Origin: Squalus acanthias
Taxonomy: Eukaryota
DNA length: 64,000 nt
Direction of reading: 5' to 3'
Assembly: GCA_030390025.1 (NCBI GenBank)
Contig: CM059431.1
Location: 159,218,001 to 159,282,000 of the forward strand
The notes below the pieces were generated by a model. That model searched no databases. It had not been told where the DNA came from and saw nothing but the letters and a program-made list of their open reading frames with translations. This document shows positions 1 to 8,879 of the stretch, one piece after another; the stretch's first letter is position 1; each line of letters starts with the position of its first letter. The position numbers and the translations under genes are program-made.

Positions 1-511
1 AAGGTATGAATGGAGATCACCCCAAAAACAAATCAAAACAATAAATACATTTTTAAAAAGCATCGCGTTTTTAAAATGAGTAACATTTATATTAATTTAA
101 ATATTTTAAACAAAAATGTAATGTTTTGAAAAAAAAATTAAAGATTTTAACGGATCTAAAATTAAATTTACCGTATTTAGAAGTACTTTAAAATTATAAT
201 TGAGTGAAAAAATGTATATTTTTTTACTTTTTTAAACTCTTGTGCTGGGAAAAGCAGGCCTTACGTCTGCTTTTACCAGGAGTACGATTTTTAAGTGTTT
301 TCAAGAGCGGATGTCCTGCAGCAAGCGGAAATCTCCACCCGCAGAGGCCCTTCTCTGGGGCAAGCGTCCGATCTGTCAAGATGATTCTTGACAGATCGGA
401 AATGCCGGTTTTCAGCGCATGCACTTCGCATGCCTGACACCGGCATTACCGATGTCCCAACGGGTGTGTACACAGCGCGTACTCACACGTAGGCATCGGA
501 AAATACGAGCC
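1..511. mobile_element. Right part of a non-autonomous TIR element (MITE family A)
   Basis: Ends CGGAAAATACGAGCC followed by ATT; complete copies at 8166-8879 and 16574-17325. Confidence 0.75.
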
Positions 512-514
512 ATT

Positions 515-1246
515 TTCCCAGAAATTAAACATCGATGGTTCCCGCGGGGGTAAGGATTCCCCGCGAAATCGCACTCCTCGCCTACCTTTTTGTTTCGGGC
601 CCACAGGAAGTTCAGTTTCAGGGACTCTCCCTGTTGCAACCGAGCAGTGCTTGCGTGTCCCTGAGGCGCAATTAGTTCGTACGAGCTCTGGAATCACGTG
701 ATTCAGTTAGAGCCAATGGCAGCACACCATCTTTCATTCATAGTTTTGACAGCAAGGGCTGTCAAAGCTATGAATACTACAAGACCCCAAAATAACAGCT
801 AAACCTCAATTAAATTTTAAAAAAGCCATCACTTTAATAAAATAACGATAGTTAAATAAATTAAACATCTTAAAAAAAAATTAAATTTTGAAAAAATTTA
901 AAATCTTTTTAAAAGTTATAAAAATAAACTTACCTTTCTTTAAATTCTCGAAAAAAGATAAACCTGTTGAAAAAAATTTAAAATAACACTTAATGAACTA
1001 CTTACCGTTTTAAAAGGGGGTCTTGCGCCTGCTTTCTTTATGTGTAAAATCTTCACCACTTACCTGCGCGTTCAAACCGGAAAAAAAAACTAAGTGCACT
1101 GTTCCCTTAGGAACCGCCCCCTTTGCAATACACGAAGTGCCGTTTTCCCGCGTATGCGCAGTGCACACAGGAAATCGGAAATTCGGGACCTAATACGCGA
1201 GAGTGCACAGTGCGTACTCTCGCGTATTAGGTCTAACTTTCGTGCC
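515..1246. mobile_element. MITE inserted only in unit copy 1
   Basis: Copies 2 and 3 have the empty site GAGCC-ATT-GTGTCTTGG; here GAGCC-ATT-[TTCCCAGAAATT...AACTTTCGTGCC]-AAT-GTGTCTTGG. Left half is homologous to 41607-42128. Confidence 0.85.
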
Positions 1247-1499
1247 AATGTGTCTTGGCGTGTTCCTTGCAATCCTGAAATTTGGATGAATTGCTCCTTG
1301 GATAGGATGCCATTTATGTCCGATTACAGAAACAACAGTAACCCGAATCCCTGCAGAAATACGGCCAAGGTAAATAGCTTAACTGCAAGACGTTTTCCAG
1401 TGAATTATCAGCTGATTAGAGAGTCTCTTTCTGCAGATGGTTTTAGCATGTCACTTATGCGGCACAAATATTATTTGCTAATTATCCAACAAAACTGGC

Positions 1500-1680
1500 A
1501 TGTTGACCAGTTCTTGTTGCATACGGGCATGGAATGTTTAGTTACCTGAGGAATTGGGAATGGAATTGAACACTGCAATCATCAGTGTACAGCCCAAATT
1601 CTGACCGTATGACAGAAAAAAATGAATTGATGATGCAGCTGACGATATTTGGGTCGAGGATTCTTCCACGATTAACTCAT
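1500..1680 (-). mobile_element. Degenerate LINE reverse-transcriptase fragment (YADD region); also in copies 2 and 3
   Basis: Reverse complement aligns by eye with 60590-60770; GLYTDDC here vs GMFADDC there. Confidence 0.75.
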
Positions 1681-1689
1681 GGTTATAAC

Positions 1690-2340
1690 ATGAGATGCTG
1701 TTCTCTTGTTATTTAACGCATTAAAAACCTCAAGTTCTGTTTCCTTTGAGACGATATTAGCTGTAATCTAAGAGCACGTAAAAGGGTGGGCCGTGAGAAG
1801 GCTGTTATCATTCACCCCATGGCTTTCAAGTCCTCGCATCACCACACCTGCGCCGCGAACATAACGTCGCCAGAGAATACAACCTTTAAACCAGCAAACC
1901 ATGCCGTTCCAGACCGACTTGAACAATCTCCCACCAACACTTCTCAAATTTATGAGGCCATTTAGACAATTCCAACATATATGTAGCATACCTTATGAAT
2001 TGTTTCAGTAAACACGTTTGCATCTAAGAGCAATTGACTAACAGCTTCCACGAATTCTTCAATTGACGATTCTAGTCTCTGACGGTAGCAGCCGATAATT
2101 CTTCTAAGCTGGATATCCGTGTAGCTCGCCAACATTAGTAACATTTTAGTATCTGAATGTTCTGTAAAAGTGTAAATGAGAACAGATTACAATACTAAGT
2201 TTGCTTTGAAACAATGAATAATTTGAACTAACTATTAGAGCCGCATGTTTTCTTTAGAGCCTTTCAAACACTGAGACGGCCAATGGCGCCTCACACAGCA
2301 GGAATTTAGAGTTAAACTGCCTCTTTTTCGTAGAGTTAAG
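1690..2340 (-). pseudogene. Decayed coding-like segment, candidate endogenous viral fragment (possibly filovirus VP30-like); copies 9315-9975 and 17760-18420
   Basis: Long frame with few stops; some stops differ between copies (copy 3 has E and W where copy 2 has TAG and TGA). Motifs TLRKRGSL..SCCVRRH..LLL, SDTKMLLML and FAAEVWWREDLIAMGWMITAF. Confidence 0.4.
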
Positions 2341-2363
2341 AGAAACGACCTAGTACTTGCAAA

Positions 2364-3260
2364 ATGCGGAGGTTGTTTAAAGTAAGTAGGAAATAAAGAG
2401 AGGAAGCCCAAGGCAACGGATTCCAACCAGTGGTGCTGACGACTTTGTTGGAGTCCGGAGCAGAGGAACCAATAATCTGGGGACCACAGCAAAGGGAGAG
2501 GATGGACCAGAAATAAAAGAGGGTTTCTGAAGAAGACTGTAGAATTAAGACGCTCGAGACCGTAAAGGGATTTGTAGATGAGTAGGAGTCTTTCACAAAT
2601 TGTCTGGGATAGCAAGTGAATGTCGGTCACCGACGAATGGGATTATGGATTAGTGGAAATGAGAGTGAACTGATGAATTGAAGCAGTCGAGCTCTGGAGA
2701 TTCTATCTGGAAGTGCCCTTAAGTCGTTTAAGGAATCGAGTCTAAACGTCACAAAAGCGTATCTAAATCACGAGCAAATATTCATATGTTATCATATATC
2801 CAGAAAATTAAAATATGATGGTTGCGGACGGTGATCTGAGAATCCATTCGAAATTTATTGCTTGGAATCACCAGATGCTGCTGATCAATTAGAAATAGTC
2901 ATGACTGTCGCTTCTAAGCCTAAAGAGCTAATAAATAATGCACAGATAGTTAAAGAAAGTAACAGTAAATGCAAGCTCATTCATTCTTTCTTGGGAAAAC
3001 TAAACTGCGATACGGACCGGAGAAATTGAAATACTGTTAATCTAATTGTACTCAAAATAAATTTGATAGATATCAATACAACAATTCCAAGAACACAACA
3101 TTGGGAAAAAGTAATTGATATCAAATTGAAATAATAACTAAATCTCAAATACCAGATCTGAAACATGACAATAGCTGGTAGGAATTATAATTGAAAGTAA
3201 CTGATTCTAAAATGCCTATCGATGGAAGTAGAAAGACCTGAGAGATACTACAGAAAGAAC
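2364..3260 (+). pseudogene. Decayed coding-like segment, candidate RNA-virus gene (matrix-like?); copies from 9999 and 18443-19067
   Basis: ATG follows TTAAGA(A/G)AAA; copy 3 reads MYRLFKLSRK*RVQAH...GDLRIQVEIYCLESPDAAEQLEIV... in one frame with 4 stops. Confidence 0.45.
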
Positions 3261-4087
3261 GGCCCGGAATCAGCTGTCAGCGCGAAGCAAAGGCATTTGC
3301 TGCGGACACAAAGTAAGCTTGACACAAAGATCTCGCAATCAGGTTTTCCGAAGTGTAATTCAAATCAACCGAGCATCATTGGGAATCCCGAGTGCAAGCT
3401 GCTGTGAAGTCAACAGGCTGTCTAAGCATCCAACCAAAACGCAGAATTCTCACAGACAGCGAACAAGGAAATGAATAAGCTGTTAAACTTCTAACATTTA
3501 AAAAAAATGATTCAGCGAACGAAACAATTATTGGGGCTCTAACATGGGGAAAATGCAAAGCAGAAATAAGTAGGAAAAAGCTTTTAAAATAATTACATTT
3601 TCAGCATAATTTTAATTTTTATTTAAATGAATAAAGTTGTCTCTGCACAAAATTTAAATTAGATTTTCTGGCCATCACATTTGTTTAGAATTCAATACGC
3701 TGTTGCAATCCAGTTACACCCTTCCCTTTCAGTCAAACTTTTAGTGGGGAATTCAAGAGCGCAATTATTGTGAAAATGCCGAAGATTACATCAGTTTCCC
3801 TGATTTGAGAGATTTCCCTGATTACCGGCTCTGGGTGGGCACAGCGCAGCCTCTGAAATGTTATTGGAGTCAAAGGAAGGGAACATAGGACCGAGCGAAG
3901 AACAGGCAGCAAATGCAATACCTGCCATTTTTCGCCGAGGACAAAACACAGGCCTTATCACATCCATCGCCTGTTATATGTTGCGCGCGAATAAACTTGA
4001 ATTGAGCTGAATATCGTGCGTGTGTGTAACTGTCGGCAAATGTGATCCGGCCATTGTGTGTCCCCGACAATTAGAATTTCATCCTCC
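3261..4087. mobile_element. Older degenerate MITE-like element; copy ~10895-11717
   Basis: Starts GGCCCGGAATC, has the same AT-rich core style as family A and ends ...AGAATTTCATCC; termini degenerate. Confidence 0.4.
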
Positions 4088-4494
4088 TGGGCATTAACTT
4101 AAAATATGTTCCTCGACATAAATAATTAATTATCTTACTCTGAAAGTAAACGAGATCTTTTGCAAATAGATTTTGACTTCGCCTACATTCTAGATCATGT
4201 TTTGTCCCTGTACCTGTCTTCTGTATCTCTGATAATATCGCTTTCAGTTTGGGTTTTGTATTCTGCAGTTGAAGAAATATGTTCCACATTGTTCTTTCTC
4301 CCCGAGCTCCCTTTTCCAGCGCGGTATCGAAAATGCGTTGGGAAGCATCGTTTCTGCGCTGACTTTCAGCAAGTGTACTGATTTCCTAAAAAAATATTGC
4401 AATCATAATGAACAGTGTATTTTACAAAATCAGCGAAGAAACGTCGTTTTTCTTTCTCCCTCTCTTTATGGGAGGAATGAATAGAAAAGCTCAC

Positions 4495-4745
4495 AATCAG
4501 GTGACCAAAATCTATGTCAACGAGATAAGTTATAAGGAGCGTCTCTGAAGAGCAGAGAATGGCAGACGGCCGGAGAGAATTACAGAGTTAATTCCACAGT
4601 TTACGACCGAGGCAGCACAACGCACGGCTACCTATGGTGGCCTGAAGAGAATCGGGGTTGCGCAATGGTTCAGAATTTGATGAGAACAGAGATCACGGAG
4701 GATTGTAGGGCTGGAGGATGTTGCAGAGATAGAGAGTACCAGCGT
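4495..4745 (-). mobile_element. L2 LINE 3' fragment; copy ~12125-12365
   Basis: Similar to the antisense L2 3' region at 24360-24600 and to the reverse complement of 61630-61800. Confidence 0.7.
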
Positions 4746-4749
4746 TGAG

Positions 4750-6790
4750 TCACCGATGGAAGCTGAATTTTCTCAACTGATATGAAAAAATGTTAAGTGC
4801 CAAATAAAAGGGGAAAAGTCAGATTTCAGGAACATGGTTCGTGCAAAATGAAGCATTATTTGTTGTTAGTAACAGCAATGTTCTGGAAAGGTCACAACGT
4901 GCTTTTTGAAACACAAACTGCACAGATTGTAAAACAATGCGGGTGAAATTAGAATCGGCCAGTCGCATGACAGGTGCAGATGGCGAATGGTCGGCTCCTG
5001 TTACACGCGTCCGTATTTCTTTACCATTGATTGCAATTAGAATTCCGTTCATTTCAAGTATCATTCATCGAAACAGCTGCACAAGCTTATCAGTCAATCC
5101 TTCATCTTCTATATGAACCATTTGCTTTGAATACCTGAAGAGTCCTGTCTTGTGAGTAACTATTTTATTTGAAGTGTTTATGAAATGTGATAATTGTCCC
5201 GAATTCTGTCACCTGCCAATCATCAAATTCTTAAACTGTCAACGTTTTACCTTCTGCTCGTTAACCTCTATGTTTCTTTGATTTGATTTATATAATCAAA
5301 GCCCCTACATTCAATTTGTAAATCTACTTTTCATTTACTTTTCTATGCACATCCAAGTAATTCTTGTATGTGCTCCACTCGTTTTATAATCGTGTAATTC
5401 CTATATATCGTATCGCAATCATTTCCTACTCGGTTCCTTCGTATTGCTTCCCGACGGAATTATCTGATCCATTCCGTCCCAATATATCTGAGCTAGTGTG
5501 TTCTTGATTTGTTGAAATTGCTTATCCTGTACATATATATTGTTTTGATTTACTGTTCTTCTGAATTCTAATTATATCATTGCTGCTTAGATATCCGTTA
5601 TCCGTTTGCAGAAATGGATCCAATACTCATTCCTTCCCTGTTGTTCTGGAAACGTACCCATCTGTCTCACGTCCTGGATCCGTGGCAGATAGCACACTCC
5701 CTCTTCCACCCGTACATCACTATACTGTAGATATTTAAAGTCATCCATATCTCTGATACCCTCGCTAAAATGTCTCAATTTTTTCAATATATCGCTTCCT
5801 CAATTCGTGACCCACCACTTGTGCATGATAATGAACTCCTCATAGTTAATGCCCAGTTTTTTCGATCGCAGGAATCCTGGGTGCGCTGGTCTGCAATCTG
5901 GAAAAATCTGCGCCCTTAACTTCGGGATCCCGGGACGCACACGATTTCGATCCTGGGCCTCTCCAATCTCCACTTGCGCATGGCCCTATTATCCCAGCGG
6001 CACAGGCAGATTACAGGGTGCCTGGGATCATGTGGGCCATGGGGTCCAATCAAAGTAGGAAAACTACATTCATATACTTAAGAGGAAGACCTGTCAAATA
6101 TATGAATGGAGATCACCCCAAAAACATAGTGGCCCAGAAATTCCTTTCGCAGGCCGCCCGCGGGCGGAGGACTGCGATCTGGAAAAATCTGTGCCTGGAC
6201 CGGAGGGCTCCCGGCGGGCGCAGAGTTCCGTTGCTTGGTTTCTCCAAACTTCCGGTGCGCAGGGCCCACGTATCCCAGAGGCGCAGGCGGTTCGCAGCGT
6301 CCCTGGTATCACGTAGGGAGCCAATCAGAGAAGGGAATCTCCCTTCGTACATTTGACAGGAAGACCTGCCAAATATATGAATGGAATTCACCCCCAAAAC
6401 ATAGTAAAAGCAAGTCTTAGACCTGCTTTTAGCAGGCAAAACATTTCTAATGGTTTTCTGCAGGCGGGGGTTCTCCAGAAAGCGGAACTGTCCGTCCGCA
6501 GAGGACCTTCTCCAGGCTCGGCGTCCAATCTGTCAAGAGCATTCTTGACAGATCGGAAATTACGGATTTCAGGGCATGCGCTTGGCATGCCTGAAACCGG
6601 CATTTCCGATGTCCCTACAGTTGTGTACACAGCGCGTACACACCCGTAAGGATCGGAATATCCGGCCCATTAACGCCAAGTTCCCAGACGTGCGCTAACA
6701 TTAACACGTAGGTGTTAATGTCTTCATATCATAACTTCCTAGAGCATCATCAGACAATCGCTACCTTCAACTAACCAGCTTTATTCACCA
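4750..6790 (-). pseudogene. Decayed coding-like segment (~400 codons) split by MITE 5851-6668; copy 12375-14425
   Basis: ORF pieces 5587-5787, 4819-5064 and 12972-13208 are collinear; removing the MITE plus one TSD restores ...WELGVINYEEF... in frame. Confidence 0.5.
5851..6668. mobile_element. MITE with two left arms (second arm starts 6131); copy 13484-14301
   Basis: AAT-G(G/C)CCAGTTTTTTCGATC ... GATCGGAATATCCGGCCC-ATT imperfect TIRs; internal AGT-GGCCCAGAAATT at 6128-6142; hairpin TTGACAGG-AAGA-CCTGTCAA in copy 2. Confidence 0.75.
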
Positions 6791-6918
6791 TGCCTTTTTA
6801 ATATATGTGTTACGTAACTTCAGGAAATATTCGAAAAGACATCATGGATGAGACTCGGAATTTTATTTTTAATAGGACATGATTTCTGTCATGACAGGAG
6901 ATGCCGGTAATGTTGATT

Positions 6919-7654
6919 ATTGGTTATTGCTAGGGGGATAGAATATAAAAACAGGGAGGTATTGCTGCAGTTGTATAGGGTATTGGTGAGACCGCACCTG
7001 GAGTACTGCATACAGTTTTGGTGTCCATACTTAAGAAAAGACATACTTGCTCTCGAGGCAGTACAAAGAAGGTTCACTCGGTTAATTCCTGGGATGAGGG
7101 GGTGGACATACGAGGAGAAGTTGAGTAGATTGGGACTCTTCTCATTGGAGTTCAGAAGAATGAGAGGCGATCTTATTGAAACATATAAGATTGTGAAGGG
7201 GCTGTATTGGGTGGACGCGGTGAGGATGTTCCCAATGATGGGTGAAACTAGAACTAGGGGACATAAATTTAGAATAAGGGGCTGCTCTTTCAAAACTGAC
7301 ATGAGGAGAAACCTTTTCACTCAGAGGGTGGTGGGTCTGTCGAATTTGCTACCCCAGGAAGCTGTGGAAGCTACTTCATTTAATAAATTTAAAACAGAAA
7401 TAGACCGTTTCCTGGAAGTAAAGGGAATTAGGAGTTACGGTGAGCGGACTGGAAATTGGACATGAGTGAGTTCGGATCGGTCAAGGCCCTGTGGATGGCG
7501 GAGCGGGCCCAGGGGCCGAGTGGCCGGATCCTGCTCCTACTTCTTGTGTTCTTTAGAGATGAGTTTGGATCAGATAAGCCATGATCTCATTGAATGGCGG
7601 AGCAGGCTCGAGGGGCCGATTGGTCTACTCCTGCTCCTATTTCTTATGTTCTTA
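6919..7654 (+). mobile_element. 5'-truncated CR1 LINE (ORF2 C-terminus plus 3' UTR), copy-1 specific
   Basis: ORF 6920-7465 has LVRPHLEYCIQFWCPY and RRMRGDLIETYKI; (TTCTTATG)2 tail; TGATT TSD at 6914-6918 and 7655-7659; empty site at ~14560. Confidence 0.95.
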
Positions 7655-8165
7655 TGATTTCCCTGAGCATTGGGCAGAAGAATGAACGGGAAGGCTTAAA
7701 CATGCGTAACTCATGGACTGGATGAATTTTGTGAGTGCTTGGTGAGACGTAGAATAATGCAGATTTTTTGAGGTTGTTAATTATAAGTAATCACTGTGGC
7801 AGGGAAGTTAGTATATAGGCAGGTAGAATCAGTCATGCAGTGAAGTTGGAAGGAGAAAAGAAATGGAAGCAACGACTTGGATATGTTCAGTAGAAAGTTC
7901 TAGAAATTGGTGCCACCGGCAGTGACTCACACGAATCGTCTCGATAAATTAAAATGCACGTCTGCTTTGCTGAAGAACGGACAAAATTTCTCGGCCGTGA
8001 GCGACAGTCTATTTTAAATATGTCAGTTAATATATTTTCCTGAGATTAGATATAAGTGGCTATTAGTTGCTCTATCTAGCTCCAGGATATCCATTGGGTC
8101 TTTGCTGAGGACGCGTGATGCTTGTGCTACTAGTGGTATCTTATTCAAATATTCATTACAATATT

Positions 8166-8879
8166 TGGCCCGTCATTTTCGTTAGGACGCTTCCTGCGTG
8201 CGGATGCCTCAATCGGGAAGAAATCTACGCCCTTACCTGAGGGCTCCCGAGGAGGAGCCATTTCCGATCCTGGGCCTGTCCACAGTAGAAATGCGCAGGG
8301 CCCACCTGATCCCAGGGACGCTTGCGAAGCTCGTGAGCCCCTGAGATCGGTGGAGAGGCGAGAGAATAGAAGGGAATCTCCCTTCATACCTTTGAAGATA
8401 GACCTGTCAAAGGTATGAATGGAGATCACCCCAAAAACAAATCAAAACAATAAATACATTTTTAAAAAGCATCGCGTTTTTAAAATGAGTAACATTTATA
8501 TTAATTTAAATACTTTAAACAAAAATGTAATGTTTTGAAAAAAAAAATAAAGATTTTAACGGAGCTAAAATTAAGCTTCCCTTATTTAGATATACTTTAA
8601 AATTATAAGTGAGTGAAAACATGTATATTTTTTATTTTTTAAAACTCTTGTGCTGGGAAAAGCAGTCCTTACGCCTGCTTTTACCAGCAGTACGATTTTT
8701 AAGTGTTTTCAAGAGCGGATGTCGTGCAGCAAGCGGAAATCTGCACCCGCAGAGGCCCTTCTCTGGTGCAAGCGTCCGATCTGTCAAGATGATTCGCATG
8801 CCTGAAACCGGCATTACCGATTACCCTACGGGTGTGTACACAGCGCGTACTCACACGTAGGCATCGGAAAATACGAGCC
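8166..8879. mobile_element. MITE family A, complete copy
   Basis: ATT-TGGCCCGTCATTTTCG ... CGGAAAATACGAGCC-ATT; AT-rich core; internal hairpins. Confidence 0.8.

Noticed and set aside
1094..1549. 151-aa ORF as a real gene
   Set aside because: It is chimeric across a MITE end, unique sequence and an antisense LINE scrap; its N-terminus differs between unit copies.
1768..2144. Bcl-2-like reading of ORFs 1962-2144 and 1768-1989
   Set aside because: No NWGR or GGW motif, and the frame of the second ORF is not consistent among the three copies.
5849..6649. Cluster of overlapping ORFs, also at 13548-14282
   Set aside because: They fall within GC-rich MITE arms, are open on both strands and show no transposase motifs.
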